DNA from: an uncultured virus (IMG/VR IMGVR_UViG_3300020685_000001)
Taxonomy: Duplodnaviria > Heunggongvirae > Uroviricota > Caudoviricetes
IMG/VR virus record: IMGVR_UViG_3300020685_000001
DNA length: 64,000 nucleotides
Reading direction: 5' to 3' (one strand)
Shown here: positions 16,908-26,500 of the stretch, in pieces
Position numbering within the stretch: position 1 is the stretch's first letter
Layout of the letters: every line of letters begins with the position of its first letter
Position numbers and translations under genes: made by a program
Notes under the pieces: generated by a model
The model's database searches: none
What the model saw: the letters and a program-made list of their open reading frames with translations, nothing else
Told to the model about the DNA's origin: nothing

Positions 16908-18461
16908 TTGGAAATCATTGAAAACAGGGCAGTATTGATTAAGGTGCGTGACCCTGACCGCATTACGTCAGTCATTCCTAAGAGCAAACTTATCAAGTCG
17001 GAAGGAGAGAACTATCATGAAGTTCTTGTCCATTGGGGCTTAGATGAAATGCAAGTTTTAAAAAATTTAAAAATCAACAACGTACCATCACCAATCAAAG
17101 GGCAATATGTTTGGCCTGGGCAGTTCAAACCATTTGACCATCAAAAAGAAACCGCATCGTTTTTAACCCTACATCGTAGGGCGTTTGTATTTAATGAGCA
17201 AGGCACAGGCAAGACAGCCTCAGCTATATGGGCGGCTGATTATTTAATGAAGCTAGGTATGGTTAAACGGGTTCTAATCGTATGCCCGTTATCCATTATG
17301 GATGCTGCTTGGCGTGCTGACCTGTTTACGTTTGCTATACATCGCAGAGTAGATATTGCATATGGTAGTAGAGAGAAGCGTAAAAAGATTATTGAGGGTG
17401 ATGCCGAGTTCGTTATTATTAACTATGATGGGATCGAAATTGTCCATGAAGCCATTGAGAAAGCTGACTTTGATTTAATTATTGTTGACGAAGCTAACGC
17501 CTATAAAAATCCTACTACAAATCGCTGGAAGATGTTTAATGCGCTAATCAAAGCACATACTTGGTTATGGATGATGACAGGTACACCAGCGGCACAATCC
17601 CCCGTAGATGCGTATGGCATCGCTAAGCTCGTCAACCCTACTGCAGTACCTAGATTCTATTCGCATTTCAGAGATCAGGTTATGCAGAAGATTACTATGT
17701 TTAAGTGGATTCCTAGGCAGAACTCCGAGGAGATAGTCCACAAAGTATTACAGCCAGCGATACGCTATACAAAAGAACAATGTCTTGACTTACCTGAGAT
17801 TACCTACCAAACAAGGGAAGTACCGCTAACTTCACAACAGCAAAAATACTACGACTTATTACGTAAACAGATGCTGGTACGGGCGGCGGGTGAGGAAATT
17901 ACAACCATCAATGCGGCGGCAAACTTGAATAAATTACTCCAGCTTTCTTGTGGGGCAGTCTATTCAGATACAGGTGAGATTGTGGAGTTTGATGCGTCTA
18001 ACCGCTTGAAAGTATTAAAGGAAGTTATTGATGAATCTAGCCATAAGGTACTTGTATTTGTCCCCTTTAGGCACGCTATTGAGGTAATTAGGGAAAGCCT
18101 TGAACAGGATGGGTATGCAGTAGATGTAATCCATGGAGGAGTTCCTGTAAACAAACGTACAGAAGTATTTAAGAAGTTCCAAACTACCCCTGAGCCACGA
18201 GTTTTAATCATACAGCCCCAAGCGGCTAGTCATGGCGTTACCCTACATGCGGCAAATACAATCGTCTGGTGGGGTCCTATAACATCGTATGAGACATATG
18301 CACAGGCTAATGCTAGGGTGCATCGTAGTGGGCAAAAGAACCCATGTACTGTAATTAAATTACGGGGGTCAAGCGTAGAAAAGAAATTGTATGAGGCGTT
18401 ACAAAATAAACAAGACATTCAGGGTAGCATAATGGCGCTATACGGGGAACTACTTAGTTGA
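16908..18461 (+). CDS. SNF2-family helicase
   Basis: EQGTGKT, DEAN, MTGTP, SHGVTL, QANARVHRSGQ; likely TTG start at 16908 after GGAGAG. Confidence 0.92.
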   Translation: MEIIENRAVLIKVRDPDRITSVIPKSKLIKSEGENYHEVLVHWGLDEMQVLKNLKINNVPSPIKGQYVWPGQFKPFDHQKETASFLTLHRRAFVFNEQGTGKTASAIWAADYLMKLGMVKRVLIVCPLSIMDAAWRADLFTFAIHRRVDIAYGSREKRKKIIEGDAEFVIINYDGIEIVHEAIEKADFDLIIVDEANAYKNPTTNRWKMFNALIKAHTWLWMMTGTPAAQSPVDAYGIAKLVNPTAVPRFYSHFRDQVMQKITMFKWIPRQNSEEIVHKVLQPAIRYTKEQCLDLPEITYQTREVPLTSQQQKYYDLLRKQMLVRAAGEEITTINAAANLNKLLQLSCGAVYSDTGEIVEFDASNRLKVLKEVIDESSHKVLVFVPFRHAIEVIRESLEQDGYAVDVIHGGVPVNKRTEVFKKFQTTPEPRVLIIQPQAASHGVTLHAANTIVWWGPITSYETYAQANARVHRSGQKNPCTVIKLRGSSVEKKLYEALQNKQDIQGSIMALYGELLS

Positions 18462-18485
18462 CATTGTTAAGAGATGGAGTATACT
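18458..18485 (+). promoter_or_regulatory. sigma70-like promoter P3
   Basis: TTGACA (18458-63), 16-bp spacer, TATACT (18480-85). Confidence 0.65.
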
Positions 18486-18506
18486 TAAAGAAAACAAGGA
18501 GGAAAT

Positions 18507-18902
18507 ATGAGCGAAGAAGGACTAGCTGATAGACTCACAAAAGCTTATATAAAGATGCGTGATAAACGTGCTGAGCTACAAGCTGAGTTTGATGCAAAAG
18601 ATAAAGTAATAGAAGAACAGATGCAAATGGTAGAAGAAAAGCTAATGAGCATCTGCAAGGAGTTAGGTGTAGATAGTTTAAAGACCCCACATGGCACAGT
18701 ATTTAGATCAGTAAAAACTAGATACGAAACCACCGATTGGGAAAACATGTACAAGTTTATAAAGGAGCATGATATTCCTCAAGTACTAACACGAGGCATA
18801 AATACAACAAATATGAAGCAGTTTCTAGATGAAAACCCAACGCTAATGCCAGTTGGAATGAATATTAATAATCGGTATACAGTAACAGTAAGGAGAAAGT
18901 AA
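18507..18902 (+). CDS. Phage coiled-coil protein (Gam/host-nuclease-inhibitor-like)
   Basis: Helical N-terminus; SLKTPHGTVFR..DWENMYKFI; typical position between helicase and SSB. Confidence 0.6.
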   Translation: MSEEGLADRLTKAYIKMRDKRAELQAEFDAKDKVIEEQMQMVEEKLMSICKELGVDSLKTPHGTVFRSVKTRYETTDWENMYKFIKEHDIPQVLTRGINTTNMKQFLDENPTLMPVGMNINNRYTVTVRRK

Positions 18903-18904
18903 AA

Positions 18905-19084
18905 ATGCAAGACTTGCCATTGACAGTTGATGAAGTAGCGAAGATACTACGTGTCTCTCGCCAAACGATTTATGTTTTATGCAGAGAAGGAAAGATACCT
19001 CACTTTAAAGTAGGTACTAAATTACGTTTTAAAAAGCAGGACATTGAAGCACTAACTACAACACAAGGAGCAGTACATGAATAA
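18905..19084 (+). CDS. Excisionase-like winged-HTH protein (59 aa)
   Basis: MQDLPLTVDEVAKILRVSRQTIYVLCREGKIPHFKVGTKLRF; not in ORF track. Confidence 0.85.
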   Translation: MQDLPLTVDEVAKILRVSRQTIYVLCREGKIPHFKVGTKLRFKKQDIEALTTTQGAVHE

Positions 19085-19214
19085 CGACATCCAATTAAGA
19101 GCTATGGCAATGGACTTTGCAACTAAGTCTGATGTACAAGGCATTGATGCACTAATAACTTTAGCAGAACAAATCTATGTATTTTTGAAACAAGGAGAAA
19201 ATGATAATGGCTAA
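19077..19214 (+). CDS. Hypothetical protein (45 aa)
   Basis: MNNDIQLRAMAMDFA...LAEQIYVFL; AGGAG RBS. Confidence 0.55.
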   Translation: MNNDIQLRAMAMDFATKSDVQGIDALITLAEQIYVFLKQGENDNG

Positions 19215-20085
19215 TGAACTCAGTATGTTAAAAGGTAACCTACCAGCCCACTTGCGTGGCGGTGTAGACGAAACTACCAAAGCCCTGATGGGTGGTGTAT
19301 CTTCAGATGGTCAAAGCGTAAAGCGTATCTCTATTAAAGGCTCAGTCTTCCGCATGGTAGTCGGCGGTAAAGAAGTAGCTAAAAATGAAGAGCGTAGCAT
19401 GAACATCGTTATTGTCGGTGCAGCTCAACATAATTCCCGTACGTTTTACGAGGGTACATTTACAGAAGGTCAAGGCGCTAAGTTACCTGATTGCTTTTCT
19501 GATAATGGCACAAGCCCGAATCCTAAGAGTGAGAAGCCACAGTCAGCTACTTGCAAAGACTGCCCACAAAACGTAGATGGTTCACACTCAAGTGGTCGTG
19601 GTCGTGCATGTCGTTTTAGCCGTCGCCTCGCAGTTCTATTAGAGAATGACCAGCAAGGTGATGTATTCCAATTAACCCTACCAGCGCAGTCAATCTTTGG
19701 TAAGGGCGAAGATGGCAAGATGCCTTTGGAAGCCTACGTTAAAGTACTCGGTACTAACAATGTATCAGTAACTTCAGTAGTTACAGAAATGCGTTTTGAC
19801 ACATCTAGCGCTACACCAAAACTTACTTTCAAAGCAGTTCGTTATTTGGAAGAAGATGAGTTTAATAATGCAATGGCTAAAGGTAAAACAGCAGAAGCTA
19901 AAGCGGCTATTGGTCAAACAGCAGGAGCTATTGACAGTGCAGTAGCAATTGCAGCCCCTAAACCAGTAGCTAAAGCAGAACCAGCTGTGTCGGAAGAAGT
20001 CACACCTGAGCCAGTAAAGCGTGCTAAGAAAACTGAAGCGGAAACGCCTAAAGATATTAACGCTGTCCTAGACGACTGGGCATAA
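19207..20085 (+). CDS. Single-stranded DNA-binding / annealing protein
   Basis: RISIKGSVFR, PDCFSDNG, CKDCPQN, GRACRFSRRLAV; acidic-aromatic tail DDWA. Confidence 0.7.
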   Translation: MANELSMLKGNLPAHLRGGVDETTKALMGGVSSDGQSVKRISIKGSVFRMVVGGKEVAKNEERSMNIVIVGAAQHNSRTFYEGTFTEGQGAKLPDCFSDNGTSPNPKSEKPQSATCKDCPQNVDGSHSSGRGRACRFSRRLAVLLENDQQGDVFQLTLPAQSIFGKGEDGKMPLEAYVKVLGTNNVSVTSVVTEMRFDTSSATPKLTFKAVRYLEEDEFNNAMAKGKTAEAKAAIGQTAGAIDSAVAIAAPKPVAKAEPAVSEEVTPEPVKRAKKTEAETPKDINAVLDDWA

Positions 20086-20156
20086 TAGTAACAGGGTGTT
20101 TGAATACTTAAATAGCGAAATAAACGACCGCTAGCCCTACCTAATATAAGAATAAT

Positions 20157-20384
20157 ATGACTGGATATTCCGTAAAATTTGCTAAGGCTGTAGCTAAAGC
20201 TAACCAAGACCTAGTAGGGGTAATGTTAGGCAGGTTATGTATTGATAAAGATATTTCCGTAATAGAAGTTGCAAAGCATTTTGGCGTATCTCGCACTGCT
20301 ATATACGCTTGGTTTTTAGGTAAAAGTGTCCCTAATAAAATCCATGAAGTAAAGATTTATAAGTATTTAAAAAAGAAGGCGTGA
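20157..20384 (+). CDS. Cro/XRE-like HTH protein
   Basis: VIEVAKHFGVSRTAIYAWFLG. Confidence 0.8.
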   Translation: MTGYSVKFAKAVAKANQDLVGVMLGRLCIDKDISVIEVAKHFGVSRTAIYAWFLGKSVPNKIHEVKIYKYLKKKA

Positions 20385-20450
20385 GCCAACTAGATAGCTA
20401 GGCGCCACCTAGCTTGATAGGATTATTGTCGGCGTAATTTGAGGATGTAA

Positions 20451-23300
20451 ATGACCTCGTGGAATAAGTTTCTCTCTACGGTACTACCTGAGGAAGGTCT
20501 CGGCTGGTATTGTATAGCGACGTACAAGAAAAAAACCACCCCGATTACACACTTTGCACAAACGATTGAAGAAGCTGAGAAATTAATTCAAAAACTACTT
20601 GATGAAAAGAAAGATGTGTATTTCGGATGCTCGAAATTTATCACTAATGAAAACAGGAAAGCAATAAATGCAGGTTGGCAGAAGTCATTTTGGTTAGATA
20701 TAGATTGTGGTGAGAAGTATGTTAGTGACCCTGACAAGATTACAGGGTATGCAACAAGAGAAGCAGCATTAGAAGATATTAAGCGTTTACGTAGAGAATT
20801 AGATTTACCCATCCCTAACGTAGTTTTCTCGGGTAATGGCTTGCATGTCCATTGGGCTATGGATAAAGCTATTGAGAAAGAGGAATGGTTAAAGACCTGC
20901 CAGTTTTGGAAGGCTCAACTCAAGCGTTTAAATATTATCGCTGATGCTTCTAAGATTACTGATGTAGCTTGTGTATTACGTATTCCTGATACCCTTAACT
21001 TTAAGGCTGATCCTCCTTTGCCTGTGGAATGGAAAGTTAAACAGCCATCCATGGACTACGAGGATTTTCGGGTAAAGGTAATGCAGGGTATTGAAATAGA
21101 GCTAGACCTTACCAAAGCACCTCGTCGCCCTATGGATGAGACTACCCGTAGATTGTTGGGTAATAAGATCACCTACTTCAAAGAGATCATGCGGTCTCAA
21201 GAGTGTCCACAGCTTACATACTTCTACGAGAACCAGCAGACTATTGATTATAACCAATGGCGTGCAGGGCTATCTATTGCACAGTTTTGTGAGGATAGGG
21301 ATTTTGCTATCCATGCTATGTCTAAGAATCACCCTGAGTATACGTTCCAAGATACTGAGAATAAAGCTAATGACATAGGTGGGCCTTATCACTGCAAGAC
21401 TATTCAAGAGCAAAGCCCCGGCTTATGCGATGGTTGCAAGCATAAAGGTAAGATCACAAGCCCTATATCTATTAACGCTAAGATTGCTAAGGCTACTGAG
21501 GAAGAAAACATTGTTACATTACCTAGCGCAGAAATTGCTGGGGAAGTTACATATAAGATTCCTGAACTACCATACCCATATTTTAGAGGTAGACAGGGTG
21601 GTATCTACAAACAAGGCTTTAGCAAGGAAGATACTGGTGAAGAAGTAGAGAAAGATAAGTTAATTTTTAAGCATGACTTCTATGTAGTTAAACGTATGGT
21701 TGACCCTGATTTAGGCGATATGGTTTGGATGAGAGTCCACATGCCTAAAGACGGTGTAAGAGAGTTCGCTTGTTCTAACCAAGCCTTGATGACTTCAGAT
21801 GAGTTTAAGAAAACCGTATCTAAGCATGGAGTCATTGGCACTAGTAATGAAATGAAGGAGATTATGGATTACATAACTAGTTTTACTAAAGAGTTACAGG
21901 ATAGAGATGTATCGGAAAAGATGCGCACCCAGTTCGGTTGGTGTGATAACGATACCAAATTTATTATCGGAGATAGAGAGATTTCATCTGCAGGTATCAA
22001 CTATTCCCCACCATCTAACTCGACTATGTTCTTTGTACCTATGCTTAAACCAAAAGGTACCATAGAGGAGTGGCAACGGGTAGTTAATACTTATGGCAGA
22101 CCCGACCAAGAGGCTAGGGCATTCCTGTTTTTTGCAGGGCTAGGCGCACCATTACTAAAGTTCACAAATCAAAGGGGTTTAATTTACTCCATTATGGAGA
22201 ACGAATCGGGTACTGGTAAGACTACTATCCAAAAAGTTATTAATAGTATTTGGGGTAATCCTACAGATATGATGTTAATTGCAGGTGATACATTGAAGTC
22301 TCAGTTCCATCAAATGGGGGTATATAACAATATCGCTGTTTGTACGGATGAGGTTACCAATATGGAAAATGACCGAGTCAGTAACATTTCTTATGGTGTA
22401 TCGCAAGGGCGCTCTAATAACCGCATGAAGTCTAATGCTAACGAGATGCGCATTAACAATACTACATGGTCATTACCAGCTTTCTTTTCAGGCAACTCCA
22501 GTATGCACGATAAGATGGCTACGCTGAAAGCTACTCCTGAATCTGAGCAACTACGTATTGTCGAGATTGGTATTTCAGCAGACAAGAGCATGGATAAGGA
22601 AACTAGCGATGAGATATTTGAGCACGCATTGCCGGAAAACTATGGACATGCTGGACCAATTTTAATTCAGTATATGGTCAATAACCTAGATGCAGTTAAA
22701 AAACTCCTAACTGAAACACAGAAGAAGTTTGATGCCGAAGCTAAGTTACAGCAAAAGCAACGTTTCTATTCCGCTGGTGCAGCTACAGCTTTTACTGCAG
22801 CTATGATTGCTGATGAGCTTGGTCTGATTAAGATTGACATCCCTAAGGTTTGGGCTTGGGCTGTTACATACTTTAGCGAGTTGCGTGAAAGCGTTAAACC
22901 TGCTGAGCGTGATGGCAAAGGTAGTATTGGTACATTCCTCAACGAATTCCAAAGTAGACATATGTTGGTAGTAGATGATGCGAATGATAAACGCACTGGC
23001 TTAAGTCATGCACCGATGGTTACACCCTATGGGTCGCTTATTATTCGCTATGAACCTGATACAAGCCTTATTTGGATTGCTGTAGATAAGTTTCGTGAGT
23101 GGTGTACAGAACGTCAAATCGGCTACAAAGGGGTAGTTGATGATCTGAAGAAGTATGACCCTGAATGCTGCGTCAAGAAAAAAGGGATGGCAAAAGGTAC
23201 TGCGTTAAATACTCCGGCTATTAGCGCCCTACGCATTGATAAAAATAAACTTGGTATTGAAATAACCATCCCACCAGTACCCGCCGATGGTTCGAAATGA
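20451..23300 (+). CDS. Primase-helicase (AEP/RepB-like primase + DUF927-like helicase)
   Basis: WLDID, SGNGLHVHW, VLRIPDT; Cys cluster; Walker A ESGTGKT, Walker B CTDE. Confidence 0.88.
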   Translation: MTSWNKFLSTVLPEEGLGWYCIATYKKKTTPITHFAQTIEEAEKLIQKLLDEKKDVYFGCSKFITNENRKAINAGWQKSFWLDIDCGEKYVSDPDKITGYATREAALEDIKRLRRELDLPIPNVVFSGNGLHVHWAMDKAIEKEEWLKTCQFWKAQLKRLNIIADASKITDVACVLRIPDTLNFKADPPLPVEWKVKQPSMDYEDFRVKVMQGIEIELDLTKAPRRPMDETTRRLLGNKITYFKEIMRSQECPQLTYFYENQQTIDYNQWRAGLSIAQFCEDRDFAIHAMSKNHPEYTFQDTENKANDIGGPYHCKTIQEQSPGLCDGCKHKGKITSPISINAKIAKATEEENIVTLPSAEIAGEVTYKIPELPYPYFRGRQGGIYKQGFSKEDTGEEVEKDKLIFKHDFYVVKRMVDPDLGDMVWMRVHMPKDGVREFACSNQALMTSDEFKKTVSKHGVIGTSNEMKEIMDYITSFTKELQDRDVSEKMRTQFGWCDNDTKFIIGDREISSAGINYSPPSNSTMFFVPMLKPKGTIEEWQRVVNTYGRPDQEARAFLFFAGLGAPLLKFTNQRGLIYSIMENESGTGKTTIQKVINSIWGNPTDMMLIAGDTLKSQFHQMGVYNNIAVCTDEVTNMENDRVSNISYGVSQGRSNNRMKSNANEMRINNTTWSLPAFFSGNSSMHDKMATLKATPESEQLRIVEIGISADKSMDKETSDEIFEHALPENYGHAGPILIQYMVNNLDAVKKLLTETQKKFDAEAKLQQKQRFYSAGAATAFTAAMIADELGLIKIDIPKVWAWAVTYFSELRESVKPAERDGKGSIGTFLNEFQSRHMLVVDDANDKRTGLSHAPMVTPYGSLIIRYEPDTSLIWIAVDKFREWCTERQIGYKGVVDDLKKYDPECCVKKKGMAKGTALNTPAISALRIDKNKLGIEITIPPVPADGSK

Positions 23301-23487
23301 AGGAATCCCAGTCATCATTGAGTGGCGCTTGATGGGGCTGGGAGCTTCTTTTTTCATTCCTGCTTTAGATACTGAACCACTTATCGAAGAAATTTTAGTA
23401 GAAGCTAAACAACATCGTATAAGTTTGGTATATAAAGAAGTAATTGAAAACGAAAAAATTGGTATAAGATTCTGGCGTATTAAGTAG
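23287..23487 (+). CDS. Hypothetical protein
   Basis: GASFFIP...GIRFWR motif. Confidence 0.65.
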   Translation: MVRNEGIPVIIEWRLMGLGASFFIPALDTEPLIEEILVEAKQHRISLVYKEVIENEKIGIRFWRIK

Positions 23488-23551
23488 TTTCTAGTGTATA
23501 TTTGAGTCAGCAAATGTTTCTTGTTTGCTCTCTCCTTGTATAACTCTTTAG

Positions 23552-23578
23552 TCCCCGGTTCCCTCCGGGGATTTTTTT
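23552..23578 (+). terminator. Rho-independent terminator at the convergence of the two arms
   Basis: TCCCCGG-TTCCCT-CCGGGGA followed by T7. Confidence 0.85.
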
Positions 23579-26500
23579 ATTTCTCGTTATAGAGCTTTTG
23601 CCTTATTTTATTTATAGGTGCAGCTAGAGATTCTCTCTTACGTTCAATCTCTTTAATCTTTGCAGCCTTTTCATCAGGACCCATTTGGGTATCAGGCATA
23701 TTACGGATGATATTTTCTGCTGTATTTAGATTGCCTAATGCACGTTCGATACCTTGGGTATTAACATTGATCTTATCTTTGTTCTTTTCTAAACGAGCTT
23801 TTGCACCTTCACGATCATACTTAGCCTGATTCTTAATGCTATTAACAATAGTATCTACCCCTTGTGCCGCTTCATAAAAATCAGATAGTGCACCATTAGC
23901 ATCTTCTTTAGTTACGAAGCTACCCACACCTGGAAGGTTCATTAGGAAGTCTTTTGTAGGGTGCTCAGAAGTTGGGCGAGATACCCCACGTTCTTTAGCA
24001 ATGCTGTCATTCGTAAGAGCGATTAGACTCGCATACTGGCCTAGATAGGATTTAAATAGGTAGTCTAGTTGCAATGGAGAAACACCTGATTGCGCCCCTA
24101 ATACTTTTGATAGCTCAGTTGTATTTTTAGTGAACTGTAGCTCAGGTGTTAGCTTACGTTGGGTAGCGTTGACAATTTCACGATTGTAGAAGAAGTCATG
24201 GTTAGTAGCTAAGCCGATAGCAGGTAGAATAGCGCCACCAATAGGGGGTTCAAATTGCTGTTTAACTGCACGAGCCATAGCACTCTTGAACATTTGTGGA
24301 TCTGTATATCCTTTATCTGCAATACTATGGTATAAGTATTCACCTATTAATTTAGGCATAGTAAGCAAGCCCATACGGATAGGAATACGAAGTCCACCTG
24401 TACCCGGAATAACAAAAGACGAATCCCGTTGTATACGGTTCATTTTCTTATAGTCATCATCGTCAGATACACTAGTGGCGTACATAAACGAAAGCATACC
24501 TAGAACTGCGGATGTAGTTGCTAATGTAGATAGCCCAGCCGCTCTTGTCTGTGGTGAAAGACCTGACCCTGAGAGCGTCTTAATAGTGATACGCTGCATC
24601 TGTCCAAAGGCGTTCATAAATGGGATAATCTGGCTAGCCATCTGCATACCAACGTTACCACTTTGACGGCGGAAGTTAAATATCTCAACTGCTTTTTCCA
24701 TTGCTTGGGCGTGCGTGCCACCCTCTGCTATAGTTTGTGCATAGACAGCTTGGCGTAACATATTATCATTAAGAGCTGCCCATTTATCTAAAGCACGCAT
24801 AGTCTTGCGGTAGACATTTGGGTCTTTTAAATTTAATTTAGTAGCTGTATCGTTTGCATCACCTAAAAATGGTGTGTCGTGGGTGGATAAAACACCCGCT
24901 TCTGACAAAGCTTTACGAGCTTCACTCGTACCCATTATAGTTTTTCCAATCTCAGCAGGGATTTGCTTTAGGAGCATCCAAGGGTGTTTTAACCCCGATG
25001 TAAGCATCGCTTCCCATGTATCTTTAAATACTAACTGAGCTGTAGGGAATAATGGCAAGCGAGTAAATGCGTGCGTAAATGCAGTTTTAAACCCACGAAA
25101 AGCCCCAATACCAGGGAACATAATTGTAGGAATACCCATAAAGGCTTGTGCAATAGCCGGATTAGCTACATGGTACTGGCGCCTTACCCCATCTTGATAC
25201 ACTGTAAATGTATTACCCCTGCTACCTTCACCTTCACGTACTTCTTCAGGGGCTACAGACTTATAAGAATCTAGCATTACGTTTAATTGCTGATTACTGA
25301 TAGCCCTAGAAATAGACCATTGCATCCATTGATACATATTACCAATAGTATTATCAACCTCAAGCATAGAACCTTTCATACGCTTGTCAGTCATATTTTC
25401 GTTAATACCTTTTCTAGATGTAACTAACCCTAAAGCTTCATCCTCATCCATAACACGTTGGAATGGTACATAGGCTATAGAGTCTAGCCAGTCTTGGGCT
25501 TGTTCTTCAGTCTTAACTCCAGTACGTACAAGCCAATCAATAGTACGCTTACGCATAGTATTCCAAACCTGAGTACCTTCACCAATTTCAGGATTAGCGT
25601 TATAAAGCTGCATACCGATAAGCGCTTGTTGGCGGGTCATGTGCATAGTCTTATGCTCTAAGTCTTCCGCTTTTTTCTTAAGCTCTTTTAGTAGTTCTCG
25701 TTTTTTATCTAAGTCTTTAGACTCAGCTTTAGTACGTTTTTTATTAGCAGATAGTTCTTTAATCTTTTTATCGGTACGAGTAATCTCTGCACGAGTATTA
25801 GCTAAGCTATTATAAAACTCCATAACCCTACTAGCTTCATATGCTTTAGACATTTGATCTAAGGCAGTATCCACATCAACACCTGTGCGGGTAGCAAAAG
25901 ATTTAATTAAGTCCTGAAACTTATTCATGTTTACTGCGTCATTAACTGCAGTCCAGCGGTTAGTCATAGCATCATAGGCTAAATTACCCATAGACATGAA
26001 CTTATGCGCTATCTCAGAACGATACAGAGCCTGTGTCATGGACGCCCGTAGCATCGCATTTTTAAATTGCTCTAGACTAATTTCGCCCTTATCAACTAGA
26101 TTCATAAACCCAGCACGTAGGCGGTTATTAAACCCGTCGTCAAAAGAAAATAAGTTTTGACCCCTGCCAAACATCTGGGTACTAATTAGTTGATTATTTT
26201 CATAAGCATCTGCCCATGACTTTAGTTTGCTTATAGTATTAGAAATAACTCTAGAGATAAATTTAGGTTTAGTTTTACCACCAGCAGCTTGAAAAAGAAC
26301 CGCATTATCTACTTCATTTATAGGTTGTGCAACGGGGGTTGCGGCAGGGGTTGCACCCGTAGTAGCTTGTATAGCCTGAGCTGGTGTAGCTTGTGCAACA
26401 GGGGTTGCGGTAGGGGTTGCGGCTAATGCAGGAGTCCCAGTTTCTCCACTAGGCGCCGCTCCTCCATCAAGTTGCTCAGTAGTTCCGACAGCGCTTCCCA

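Noticed and set aside
18905..19084. Excisionase-like gene as proof of a prophage or temperate lifestyle
   Set aside because: No integrase, att site or flanking host genes in the window; such HTH proteins are often plain regulators
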